DNA of 64,000 bases from Myxococcota bacterium (lineage in GTDB: Bacteria; Myxococcota_A; Polyangia; Polyangiales; Sandaracinaceae), in assembly GCA_036149055.1 (NCBI GenBank), contig JAYZQJ010000081.1:1-64000 (forward strand), written 5' to 3'. Each line of letters opens with the position of its first letter. Position 1 is the stretch's first letter. Positions 22,211 through 31,465 of this stretch are shown here, piece after piece. The notes under the pieces were generated by a model that saw only the letters and a list, made by a program, of their open reading frames with translations, did no database searches and was not told the DNA's origin. The position numbers and the translations under genes were made by a program.

Positions 22211-23095
22211 ATGAAAAGCCCGGACCCGTCCTGGGACGACCTCCGGGTGGTGGTGCTCGCGACCCGCGCCGGCTCGCTGTCCGGGGTGGCCCGCCACCTC
22301 GACGTCTCGGTCGCGACGGTGGGGCGGCGGCTCGACCGGATCGAGGAGGCGCTCGGCGTGCGCCTCTTCCACCGTCACGCCGGCGGGCTGACGCCGACCG
22401 AGGAGGCGGCGCTGCTGCTCGAGCGCGCCGACGCGGTGGCCGACGAGGTGGCGGCCTTCGTGCGGGCGGCCAAGGCGACCGAGCGCGAGGAGGGCGTGGT
22501 CACCATCTCGACCCTGGAGACGGTCGTCACCCACGTCATCGCCCCGCGCCTGGCCGAGTTCCGGGCCGCGCACCCGCGGGTGGATCTGGTGCTGCGCAGC
22601 TCGCCTCGGATCGTGCGCCTCGATCGCCGCATGGCCGACATCGCCATCCGGGTGGTGCGCCCCCACGAGTCGCGGGTGGTGGGCCGCAAGATCGGCACGC
22701 TCGACTTCGGCCTCTACGCGTCGCCGGCCTACATCGCGCGGCGCGGCCGCCCCTCGCCGGGGGACCTGCACGACCACGACGTCGTCATGTACGACGCGAG
22801 CTGGGACTCCATCCCGGAGATGACCTGGCTGGCCGAGCGCATGCGCGGCGCGAACGCCGCCTTCCGGGTGACCACCGCCAACGCGATCTTCGAGACCCTC
22901 GCGAGCGGCGCCGCCGTCGGCCTCCTCCCCTGCTTCCTGGCCACGCCGGAGCTCGAGCGCCTCGCCGGCCCGGAGGAGCTCCCGTCGCGCGATCTCTGGC
23001 TCGTGATGCACGAGGATCTGCGCCGCGTGCCGCACGTGCGCGCCGCCGCCGAGTTCCTCGCCCGGGCCACCGCCGAGGCCCTGGAGCGGGGCTGA
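22211..23095 (+). CDS. LysR family transcriptional regulator
   Basis: WDDLR...GSLSGVARHL..SVATVGRRL HTH; ADIAIR substrate-binding domain. Confidence 0.93.
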   Translation: MKSPDPSWDDLRVVVLATRAGSLSGVARHLDVSVATVGRRLDRIEEALGVRLFHRHAGGLTPTEEAALLLERADAVADEVAAFVRAAKATEREEGVVTISTLETVVTHVIAPRLAEFRAAHPRVDLVLRSSPRIVRLDRRMADIAIRVVRPHESRVVGRKIGTLDFGLYASPAYIARRGRPSPGDLHDHDVVMYDASWDSIPEMTWLAERMRGANAAFRVTTANAIFETLASGAAVGLLPCFLATPELERLAGPEELPSRDLWLVMHEDLRRVPHVRAAAEFLARATAEALERG

Positions 23096-23119
23096 GCGGC
23101 GCGGTACCGTCGAGGCGCC

Positions 23120-24637
23120 ATGACGAAGAAGGTCGCCATCTTCTGGCCCGGCGACGCGCGGGCCATCCCCAACGAGCTCGCCACGCCCAACGCGGAGGAG
23201 GCGACCCAGCAGCTCGAGAACGCGCTGAAGAAGCTCGGCCGGCAGCCCTACCGGGTGCCCGGGTTCCTCGCCAAGCCGCACGAGGCCATCACCAAGCTCG
23301 GCCCGATCGACGACCCGATGGTCGGCGTGTGCGTGCACTGGTTCTACGGCCCGCACACCACCGACGGCGTGGTCGGCAAGGACAACCCGCTGCTCCTCGC
23401 GAGCAACTTCAGCGGGCAGTGGCCGGGCCTGGTCGGGCTGCTGAACACCGGCGCGTGCCTCGAGTCGCTCGACCGGCCGCACTCGCGCATCTGGACCGAC
23501 GCGCCCGACTGGACGGCCGACGACGCGTTCATGGCGCGGCTCGACGAGTGGTGCTCGAGCGGCGCGGTCCGCTACGGCGACGAGGCGATCCACCACCACG
23601 CGCCGGTGAGCCCCGAGGCGTCGGCGCGAGCGCAGCGGGTGGCGAAGCAGTTTCGCGAGCGGCGCGCGCTGATCTTGATGCTCGGCGACACCTCGATGGG
23701 CATGATCAACGGCTACTTCGGCCCGCGCCTGCTCAACCGCCACGGCTTCACCGAGCACAAGGTCGACCAGGCCTGGATCCTCGACCGCGGCCGCCGCATC
23801 GACGAGAAGCGCATCGACGACGCGCTCGCGTTCGTGAAGGCCAAGGGCGTGACCTTCCACTGGCAGGAGGGCGACGACGCGCAGGACTTCACCGAGAACG
23901 ACACCCGCGAGCAGCTCCGCGACTACCTCGCGGTGCTCGACCTGATCGGCGAGTTCGAGGCCGACTGTCTCGGGTGGCAGTACCAGCTCGGGCTCATCCC
24001 GCTGCGGCCGCCGTCGGACTTCGCGGAGGGCCTGTTCAACTCGACCTGCCGCCCGGAGTCGAACGGCGACACCGTCACCACCGCGACCGAGGCCGACCAG
24101 GGCAACGTGGTGCCGCAGGAGATGATGAAGCGGCTCCTGAAGGACAAGGGGCTGCACCAGGCGGTGATGTTCCACGACGTGCGCTGGGGCGCCGAGCACG
24201 AGGGCCGCTTCCTCTGGGTGCTGCTCAACAGCGGCAGCTGCGGCGCCTACGCGTTCAACCACGACCCCGAGACGCTCGAGGGCGCGCACACCTACCGTCA
24301 GCCCTCGCTCTACTTCCCGACCCCCGGCGGCACCTTCGCCGGCGAGAGCCTGCCCGGCGAGATGACCTGGGCCCGCAGCTACATTCGCGGCGGCGAGCTC
24401 TGGATGGACATCGGCAAGGGCGAGGTGGTGAAACTCCCGCCCGCCGTGCGCGACGCGTGGTGGGAGGGCACCACCCGCCAGTGGCCCTTCATGGCCGCCG
24501 ACATGGGCATCGGCCGGGACACGCTCATGGCCCACTACCTCTCGAACCACGTCGCCGTCGCCTACGGCGACATCTTCGAGGAGATGGTCGCCCTCAGCCA
24601 GGAGCTCGGCTTCCGCGTCCGCGTTCTGCGCGAATGA
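23120..24637 (+). CDS. L-fucose/L-arabinose isomerase-like protein
   Basis: FSGQWPGLVGLLN, GWQYQLG, EADQG, HDVRWG and C-terminal SNHVAVAYGD resemble FucI-like isomerases. Confidence 0.7.
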   Translation: MTKKVAIFWPGDARAIPNELATPNAEEATQQLENALKKLGRQPYRVPGFLAKPHEAITKLGPIDDPMVGVCVHWFYGPHTTDGVVGKDNPLLLASNFSGQWPGLVGLLNTGACLESLDRPHSRIWTDAPDWTADDAFMARLDEWCSSGAVRYGDEAIHHHAPVSPEASARAQRVAKQFRERRALILMLGDTSMGMINGYFGPRLLNRHGFTEHKVDQAWILDRGRRIDEKRIDDALAFVKAKGVTFHWQEGDDAQDFTENDTREQLRDYLAVLDLIGEFEADCLGWQYQLGLIPLRPPSDFAEGLFNSTCRPESNGDTVTTATEADQGNVVPQEMMKRLLKDKGLHQAVMFHDVRWGAEHEGRFLWVLLNSGSCGAYAFNHDPETLEGAHTYRQPSLYFPTPGGTFAGESLPGEMTWARSYIRGGELWMDIGKGEVVKLPPAVRDAWWEGTTRQWPFMAADMGIGRDTLMAHYLSNHVAVAYGDIFEEMVALSQELGFRVRVLRE

Positions 24638-24664
24638 GCGAGCCTCGCGCCCGGTTGCTCGGAG

Positions 24665-25054
24665 GTGAACGCGCTGGCGCTCCTCGTCTCCTGGCTCCTC
24701 GGCGTCGCGCTCTGGGGCACGCTCTCGGGGGGCGGCGGCGCGATGGATCTGGCGGCGCGGGCCGTCGCCGGGGCGGCGCTCGGCGAGGTGGTCCTGCACT
24801 TCATGGCCTTTCGACGGGCCGAGGCGCGCTGGGTCGCGATCGCGCTGACGCTCGCCATGATCGGCGCCGGCAGCCTCGTCGCCGCGGCGAGCGACGCGCT
24901 GGCCGACGGCCGAATCCACACGGCGCTCGATCTGGACCACGCGAGCCTCGTTCGCTGGTGGACCTACCGTCGCCCGGTCGACGCGTTGACCGAGACGCTG
25001 GCCCTCGTCGGCGCGTGGGGCACCGCGGGTCGGGTGGCGCCCTCCGGGCCGTAG
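24665..25054 (+). CDS. Hypothetical membrane protein
   Basis: Hydrophobic ORF filling the gap between the isomerase and the kinase; start uncertain. Confidence 0.45.
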   Translation: MNALALLVSWLLGVALWGTLSGGGGAMDLAARAVAGAALGEVVLHFMAFRRAEARWVAIALTLAMIGAGSLVAAASDALADGRIHTALDLDHASLVRWWTYRRPVDALTETLALVGAWGTAGRVAPSGP

Positions 25055-25055
25055 C

Positions 25056-26957
25056 TCACCCGGGCAGCATCTGGCGCAGGCGGTGGTTCTGGATCAGGCG
25101 CTTGCGCTCGGCGTGGTTGAGCGCCTCGATGGCCCGGCCGACCAGGATGTTCGGGACCAGGGCCACGAACAGGGCCACGAAGAAGAGGAGCACGCTGGTC
25201 GGGAGGGCGGGGAAGTCCACCAGGTGCGGCATGATCAGGATCATGCCTCCCTGGAAGTCGATGCTCCGCGGGAGCACGCCGACCTGCTGGAGGGCGAGCG
25301 GGATCATCACACTGAGCACGCTGCACGCGTTGATGAGGCCGCGCATCTTCCAGTCGGCGCGCTGGCTGACGGTGAAGGCGACGGCCGTCGCGCTCGCGAG
25401 GGCGGGCACGAGGAAGAACGGCCCGACGACCGCGCTGAAGACCGCGAGCGTGGCGAAAGCGAAGGGCACCGCGGGGGCGACGAGCGCGCCCACCGCGCGC
25501 TGATGGCGCCAGAGCACGAGCGCGCCGAGGGCGCTGCCGACCAGCAAGGCGGTGAGCGCGAAGAAGGTGGGCCAGTCGCGGATGCCCATCCACCAGAGGA
25601 TGGGCAGCACCGCGGTGCCGGCGGTGTAGGCGAGCGCGCTCCGGCCGTAGGCGAGCGAGGCGCCGCGGCGACGCTCCACCTCGATCTCCTGCTCGACCTC
25701 GTCCGGCACCCGGCGCATCTCGGTCTCGGTCAGCAGCTTCTCGATCATGCCGATCATCTCGCGGTTGCCCGGGTCGAGCACCGCGGCGGCGCCGAGCTCG
25801 CGGAGCGCCTGCACCCGCACCGTCTCGCTCGAGCCGATCCGGTCGCTCGCCATCGAGACCCGGGCCGCCTCCGCGTGCTGCCCGGCGACCTCTCGCCGCA
25901 GCTCCGCGTTGCGCTCGCCCTCGAGGTAGGCGCGGAGCGCCTCGAGCATCTCGCCCGCGTCGGCGTAGCGCTCGTCGGGCGTGGGCGCGGTGGCCCGCTC
26001 GCAGATCACGTCGATCTCGGTCGGGAACTCCGGGTCGTCCAGGCGCGCGCTCGGACGCGCGTCGACGCCGTTGACGGTCGAGCGCATCCGGTCACCGGCC
26101 GAGCCCTTGTGCAGCGGCTGATGCGTGCAGCACTCGAAGAGGATCACGCCGAGCGTGTAGACGTCGGCCCGGGCGTCGACCTCGTCCCCGGTGGCCTGCT
26201 CGGGCGACATGTAGCCGGCCGTGCCCACCACCGAGCCCGGCACGGTGTACTGCGGCGCGCCCTCGTCGGTGGTCGGGTCGGTGAGGTCGGTGTCGGTGCG
26301 GAGCTTGGCGATGCCCCAGTCCAGCACGTTCACCTCACCGTAGTCGCCGACCATGATGTTGGCGGGCTTGAGGTCGCGGTGCACCACGCCGCGCGAGTGC
26401 GCGTAGGCGACCGTCTCGATCACGCGCTCGACGATCGAGAGCAGCGCGCGGCGGTGGAAGCGGTCCTCGAGGCTCTTGGTCTTGCTCGCGAGGCCGACGA
26501 GGATGCGCTGGAGGGTGATCCCCTTGACCCGCTTCATCGCGAAGTACGGCTGGCCGCTCGGGGTCACGCCGAGGTCGTAGACCGGCACCACGCCGGGGTG
26601 CTCGAGCTGCGCCTGCACGCGCGCCTCGCGGATGAACCGCTCCCGGGACGTCCGGCCGCGCACCTCGGGGAGCAGCACCTTCACCGCGACCTCGCGGCCG
26701 ATCTGGTGGTCGTGGCAGAGATCGACCTTGCCCATGCCGCCCTCGCCCAGCTCGCGGCGCGCCTCGTAGCGCTCCCAGCCGAGGTCCGAGAGCTGCCGGG
26801 GGCTGGCGTCGACGTCGGGGCTCGGCGCCTCGGACGGCAGGTCCCCCTCGATGGTCTCGGTCTCCAGGTCGTCGACCATCGTGTCGGCGCCGCGCGCCGC
26901 CGGCCCACCCGCCATCGTCCGGGAGCCCTCGCCCCAGTCGTCCCCGTTGCTGCTCAT
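25056..26957 (-). CDS. Ser/Thr protein kinase with C-terminal multi-TM domain
   Basis: GEGGMGKV, VAVK, HRDLKPAN, DWG, GTAGYMSPEQ; five to six TM helices at the C-terminus; start ATG 26957. Confidence 0.92.
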   Translation of the reverse strand: MSSNGDDWGEGSRTMAGGPAARGADTMVDDLETETIEGDLPSEAPSPDVDASPRQLSDLGWERYEARRELGEGGMGKVDLCHDHQIGREVAVKVLLPEVRGRTSRERFIREARVQAQLEHPGVVPVYDLGVTPSGQPYFAMKRVKGITLQRILVGLASKTKSLEDRFHRRALLSIVERVIETVAYAHSRGVVHRDLKPANIMVGDYGEVNVLDWGIAKLRTDTDLTDPTTDEGAPQYTVPGSVVGTAGYMSPEQATGDEVDARADVYTLGVILFECCTHQPLHKGSAGDRMRSTVNGVDARPSARLDDPEFPTEIDVICERATAPTPDERYADAGEMLEALRAYLEGERNAELRREVAGQHAEAARVSMASDRIGSSETVRVQALRELGAAAVLDPGNREMIGMIEKLLTETEMRRVPDEVEQEIEVERRRGASLAYGRSALAYTAGTAVLPILWWMGIRDWPTFFALTALLVGSALGALVLWRHQRAVGALVAPAVPFAFATLAVFSAVVGPFFLVPALASATAVAFTVSQRADWKMRGLINACSVLSVMIPLALQQVGVLPRSIDFQGGMILIMPHLVDFPALPTSVLLFFVALFVALVPNILVGRAIEALNHAERKRLIQNHRLRQMLPG

Positions 26958-27039
26958 GCGGGGGATTGAAGCATCGACGCGCACCGGGGGCGACTTCGTC
27001 ACGCTTGATCGCCCGGCCGTCCGCGGGCGACGGTGACGC

Positions 27040-28674
27040 ATGACCGACCTCTTCCTCGGGATCGACGTGGGCACCGGGAGCGCCCGCGCCGGGCTCTTCG
27101 ACGCGGCCGGGGCGCGCCACGGCATGGGCGTGACCGAGATCCAGCTGCACCGCCCCCGGACCGACTTCGTGGAGCAGTCCTCGGACGACATCTGGCGAGC
27201 GTGCGCGGCGTCGGTGAAGGCGGCGCTCGCCGAGGCGGGCGCGCGACCGGAGCAGGTGAAGGGCATCGGCTTCGACGCGACCTGCTCGCTCGTCGCGCTC
27301 GACGCCGCGGGGGGCCCGGTCACCGTCAGCCCGTCCGGCGACGATCGGTGGAACGTGATCGTGTGGATGGACCACCGCGCCCTGGACCAGACGGCGCGCA
27401 TCAACGCCACCGGGCACGACGTGCTGCGGTACGTCGGCGGCACGATGAGCCCCGAGATGGAGCCCCCGAAGCTGCTGTGGCTGAAGGAGCGGCTCCCGGA
27501 GACCTGGGCGCGGGCCGCGCGCTTCTTCGACCTGCCGGACTTCCTCGTGCACCGCGCCACCGGCGCCGACGTGCGCTCGCTCTGCACCACCGTGTGCAAG
27601 TGGACCTACCTCGGGCACGAGGACCGCTGGGACGACTCGTTCTTCCGCGCGGTGGGCCTCGGCGAGCTGGCGGACGACGGGCACGCGCGGATCGGCGCAG
27701 ACGTGCGGCCGATGGGCGAGCGCGCGGGAGGCCTGAGCGCGGAGGCGGCGGGCGAGCTCGGGCTCGCGCCGGGCACCCCGGTCGGCGTGGCCATCATCGA
27801 CGCGCACGCCGGCGGCCTCGGCCTGCTCGGCGCCCGCGGGGCGGGAGCGCCGCCGCTCGACGCCGAGGCGCTCGAGACGCGGCTCGCGCTGATCGGCGGC
27901 ACCTCGAGCTGCCACATGGCGGTGAGCCGCGAGCCCAAGCACATCCCCGGCATCTGGGGCCCCTACCACTCGGCCATGGTGCCCGGCCTCTGGCTGACCG
28001 AGGGGGGACAGTCGGCGACGGGCGCGCTCATCGACCACGTGATCGCGAGCCACGCGCGCGCGGCGGAGCTCGAGGCGGACGCCCGGCGCGAGGGCACGAC
28101 GGTGTACGCGCTGCTGAACGCGCGGCTCGACGCCCTCGCCGAGGCGGTCGCCTTCCCCGCCGCGCTCACCCGGGAGCTGCACGTGCTCCCCGACTTCCAC
28201 GGCAACCGCAGCCCCCGCGCCGACCCGACCCTGCGCGGCATGATCAGCGGGCTGAAGCTCGACGCGTCGGTCGACGCCCTCGCGCTGCTCTACCTGGCGA
28301 CCGTGCAGGCGATCGCGCACGGCACCCGGCACATCGTCGACGCGATGAACGCGGCCGGCTACCGCATCGACACCCTCGTCGCCTGCGGCGGGGACACCAA
28401 GAACCCGATCTTCCTCCGCGCGCACGCCGACGCGAGCCGCTGCCGGGTGGTGCTGCCGCGCGAGCCGGAGGCGGTGCTGCTCGGCGCCTCGATGCTGGGC
28501 GCGACCGCGAGCGGGCACGCGGCCGACCTGGTCACCGCGATGGGCTCGATGAACGCCGCCGAGCGCGTGCTGTCGCCGACCGGCGGCGAGGTCGCCGCCT
28601 ACCACGAGCGGAAGCACCGGATCTTCCACCGCATGCACGCCGATCAGCTCGCCTATCGCGAGGTGATGGGCTGA
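27040..28674 (+). CDS. FGGY-family pentulose kinase (D-ribulokinase-like)
   Basis: [45 protein letters not shown] and PDFHGNRSP. Confidence 0.92.
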   Translation: MTDLFLGIDVGTGSARAGLFDAAGARHGMGVTEIQLHRPRTDFVEQSSDDIWRACAASVKAALAEAGARPEQVKGIGFDATCSLVALDAAGGPVTVSPSGDDRWNVIVWMDHRALDQTARINATGHDVLRYVGGTMSPEMEPPKLLWLKERLPETWARAARFFDLPDFLVHRATGADVRSLCTTVCKWTYLGHEDRWDDSFFRAVGLGELADDGHARIGADVRPMGERAGGLSAEAAGELGLAPGTPVGVAIIDAHAGGLGLLGARGAGAPPLDAEALETRLALIGGTSSCHMAVSREPKHIPGIWGPYHSAMVPGLWLTEGGQSATGALIDHVIASHARAAELEADARREGTTVYALLNARLDALAEAVAFPAALTRELHVLPDFHGNRSPRADPTLRGMISGLKLDASVDALALLYLATVQAIAHGTRHIVDAMNAAGYRIDTLVACGGDTKNPIFLRAHADASRCRVVLPREPEAVLLGASMLGATASGHAADLVTAMGSMNAAERVLSPTGGEVAAYHERKHRIFHRMHADQLAYREVMG

Positions 28675-28686
28675 CCGCGCGCGGCG

Positions 28687-30237
28687 TCAGCTCGCCAGGG
28701 CGCCCGAGCGGGACGGCGCCGAGGCGCGGCGCACCGCGTCGATCAGGGCGCGGCGCGAGAACGGCTTGTGGAGCAGCTCGCCGCCGAGGACCTCGCCGTA
28801 GCTCGTGTAGCCGGTCACGAAGACCGGGGTGACCTCGGGGCGGAGCGCGCCGATCCGGGCCGCGAGCTCCTGGCCGGTCAGCCCGGGCATCACCAGGTCC
28901 GTCACCAGCACGTCGACCGAGAGCCCGTCGCGCAGGGCGGCGAGCGCCTCGAAGCCGTTCGCGGCCTGGGTCACCTCGGCGCCGGCGCGCCGCAGCCCCT
29001 CCGCGCTGAGCCGGCGCAGCCGCGCGTCGTCGTCGACGAGGAGCACCCGGATCCCCGAGAGGGGCGGCGCGTCGGCCGCGCCCGGGCACGCGCAGGCGGT
29101 CACCCGCGGCAGGTAGATCTTGACCCGCGTGCCCCGCCCCACCTCGCTCTCGAGCGTCACCGCGCCTCCCGACTGCCGCACGATCCCGTAGACGATCGAC
29201 AGCCCGAGACCTCGGGTCCCGCCGTCCTCGCTGGTGAAGAACGGCTCGAAGACGCGCTCGAGGCTCTCGCGCGTCAGCCCGCGGCCCTCGTCCGCGATCG
29301 TGATCCGCACGTACTCGCCGGGCCGGACCGTCTGGCCTCCGCGACGGAGCGTCTCGACCAGGGTCACCGGCCGCACGTCCAGGGAGACGCAGCCCCCCGG
29401 AGAGGCCTGGCGGGCGTTGTCGAGCACCCGGCGCAGCGCGCCGAGGAGCTGCCGCGGGTCGCACGAGACGCAGGCGGGCTCCTCGGGGAGCTGGACCACC
29501 AGCCGGTGCGCCTCGCCCATCCCCGCGCCGAGCCGGGGCGCCTCCTCCCGCAGGAGGGCGTCGAGGTCGCAGGTGACGGGCTCGCGGGGCTCGCGGGCGC
29601 CGAACGCCACCAGCCGGTGGGTCAGGGCGGTGGCGCGCTCCACCGCGTCGAGGGCGGCGCCCAGCTCCTCGCGGGTCGCCGCTTCGGCGCTCGCGTCCGC
29701 CGCGAACGAGACCGACGCGTGGATCTCCATCAGGGCGTTGTTGAACACGTGCGAGACCGCGCCGGCGAGGCGCCCGAGGGCCTCGAGCCGCTGGGCGACC
29801 CGCGCCTCCCGCGCGACGTGGGCGCGGTCGACGGCGTAGCGGATCGCGCGCTCGAGGGTGGCCTGCTCGAGGCCCGTGCGCGGCAGGTGATCGTCCGCCC
29901 CCGCCCGCACCGCGGTCACGCCCGCGCCCGGCAGGTCCGGGGGCGTGAGAACGAGGAGCCCGCAGCTCCGGTGGGCGCCCCGGATCCGCTCGACGTCGGC
30001 GAGGGCGGCCGCGTCGAGCGCGGGCAGGTCGAGCACCAGGACGTCGAACGCCCGCCCGTCGACGATCGCCTGGGTGACGTCCTCCGCCTCGGAGACCTCG
30101 AACCCGACCGGATCGATCCGCGCGAGGACCTCGGGGAGCTGGCGGCGCACCGTCGGGTCGGCGCTCACCAGCAGGAGACGGATGCCCCCGGCGCGCTCGA
30201 GCTCCCCGCTGGCCGTGACTTCGTCCGGCTGACGCAT
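28687..30237 (-). CDS. Hybrid histidine kinase (receiver-HisKA-HATPase-receiver)
   Basis: SHVFNN H-box, DNARQA N-box, FEPFFTS..GLGL; C-terminal VDDD/TDLVMPG receiver. Confidence 0.88.
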   Translation of the reverse strand: MRQPDEVTASGELERAGGIRLLLVSADPTVRRQLPEVLARIDPVGFEVSEAEDVTQAIVDGRAFDVLVLDLPALDAAALADVERIRGAHRSCGLLVLTPPDLPGAGVTAVRAGADDHLPRTGLEQATLERAIRYAVDRAHVAREARVAQRLEALGRLAGAVSHVFNNALMEIHASVSFAADASAEAATREELGAALDAVERATALTHRLVAFGAREPREPVTCDLDALLREEAPRLGAGMGEAHRLVVQLPEEPACVSCDPRQLLGALRRVLDNARQASPGGCVSLDVRPVTLVETLRRGGQTVRPGEYVRITIADEGRGLTRESLERVFEPFFTSEDGGTRGLGLSIVYGIVRQSGGAVTLESEVGRGTRVKIYLPRVTACACPGAADAPPLSGIRVLLVDDDARLRRLSAEGLRRAGAEVTQAANGFEALAALRDGLSVDVLVTDLVMPGLTGQELAARIGALRPEVTPVFVTGYTSYGEVLGGELLHKPFSRRALIDAVRRASAPSRSGALAS

Positions 30238-30272
30238 GGCTACGAGGTTCGTCGCCGGACGTCATTTCCACA

Positions 30273-30310
30273 TGGGGGTTAACCCGGAAGCGCGCCCCGG
30301 GATCCCCCGA
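30273..30310. promoter_or_regulatory. Paired imperfect palindromes (putative NarL-family binding sites)
   Basis: TGGGGGTTAACCCGGA (30273-30288) and a weaker copy 22 bp further on, upstream of the hybrid kinase. Confidence 0.45.
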
Positions 30311-30336
30311 AAATCACTTCGAAAAGACCCATCGGG

Positions 30337-30690
30337 TCAGCCCGAAGCGAGCAAGCTCTCGAGGGCCTCCCAGAGGCGGTGCTTGGGCGCGAAGCCCAGG
30401 GCGCCCGCCGCCTCGGCCTCGAGGTGATACGCGGGGTCGTCGTGCAGGGACATCAGCACGCAGCGCACGTCGGTCTCTCGCAGCTCCCGCACGAGCTCGA
30501 GGCCCACGCCGTCGGGCAGGCCGAAGTCCACGAGGAGCAGCTCCGGACGCCGCTCGGGCAGCACGTCGCGGGCCTCGGCCAGGGTCCCCGCCTCCGCGAC
30601 CACGCGCGCGCCCTTCCGCTCGAGGGCCCGCGAGAGCCGGGCCCGGAACCGGAGGTCGTCCTCGACGAGCATGATGGAGAGATCGCGCAT
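30337..30690 (-). CDS. Single-domain response regulator
   Basis: LVEDD, VDFGLPDG, MSLH, APK; AGAGAGG-like RBS before ATG 30690. Confidence 0.88.
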   Translation of the reverse strand: MRDLSIMLVEDDLRFRARLSRALERKGARVVAEAGTLAEARDVLPERRPELLLVDFGLPDGVGLELVRELRETDVRCVLMSLHDDPAYHLEAEAAGALGFAPKHRLWEALESLLASG

Positions 30691-30728
30691 CCTCTCTTCA
30701 CCGTGGGCGCACGAGGGCGATCGCCCCA

Positions 30729-30766
30729 TGAGGGAAAACCCGGATCCGCCTCGGGGAGAACCCTCA
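30729..30766. promoter_or_regulatory. Paired imperfect palindromes (putative NarL-family binding sites)
   Basis: TGAGGGAAAACCCGGA (30729-30744) and TCGGGGAGAACCCTCA (30751-30766), 22 bp apart. Confidence 0.55.
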
Positions 30767-31408
30767 GGGATCGATGAGGCCGTAGCGGACCGCCAGCCGC
30801 GTGAGCTCCGCGACGTTCTTCGCCCCGAGCTTCTTGGTCAGCTGCGCGCGGTGCGACTCCACGGTCTTCACGCTGATGAAGAGCTTGGCGGCGATCTCCT
30901 TGGTGCTCGCCCCCTCGTCGATCAGCTGGAGGATCTCGCGCTGCCGGTCGGTCAGCTGATCGAGCGGCGTCGTGCCGAGCCCTCCGCCGCCGACCAGGGT
31001 GTCGACCAGCGCGCCCGCGACGCTGGGGCTGAGGTACTTGCCGCCCGCCCGGACCGCGTCGACCGCGAGCGCGAGCTCCTCGGGCGCGCCGTCCTTGAGC
31101 ACGTAGCCGCGGACCCCCAGCTCGAGCGCGCGGTGCACGTACGCCGGCTCGGCGTGGACCGAGAGCACGATCACCGCGAGCCCGGGGCGCGCGACGAGGG
31201 CCTGCTTGGCGACGTCGAGGCCATTGAGCCCCGGCAGCCCGATGTCGGTGACGAGCAGATCGACGTCGTCGGCTTCGAGCCTGCGGAGCGCCTCGTGCCC
31301 CTCCCCCGCCTCGCCGATCACCTCGACGTCGGGGTGCCCCTCGAGCAGCCGCCGGAGCCCCGCCCGCACGAGGCGGTGATCGTCGACCAGGAGCGCCCGC
31401 AGGGTCAC
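30764..31408 (-). CDS. NarL/FixJ family response regulator
   Basis: LVDDHRLVRAG, TDIGLPG, GYVLK, LTDRQREIL..KEIA..ISVKTVESHR LuxR HTH; GTG start. Confidence 0.95.
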   Translation of the reverse strand: MTLRALLVDDHRLVRAGLRRLLEGHPDVEVIGEAGEGHEALRRLEADDVDLLVTDIGLPGLNGLDVAKQALVARPGLAVIVLSVHAEPAYVHRALELGVRGYVLKDGAPEELALAVDAVRAGGKYLSPSVAGALVDTLVGGGGLGTTPLDQLTDRQREILQLIDEGASTKEIAAKLFISVKTVESHRAQLTKKLGAKNVAELTRLAVRYGLIDP

Positions 31409-31465
31409 GGTCGCCCTCCGGGGCGGCGCCCGTTGAGCCCCGGCGCGCGTCCGGTGACACTGCGG

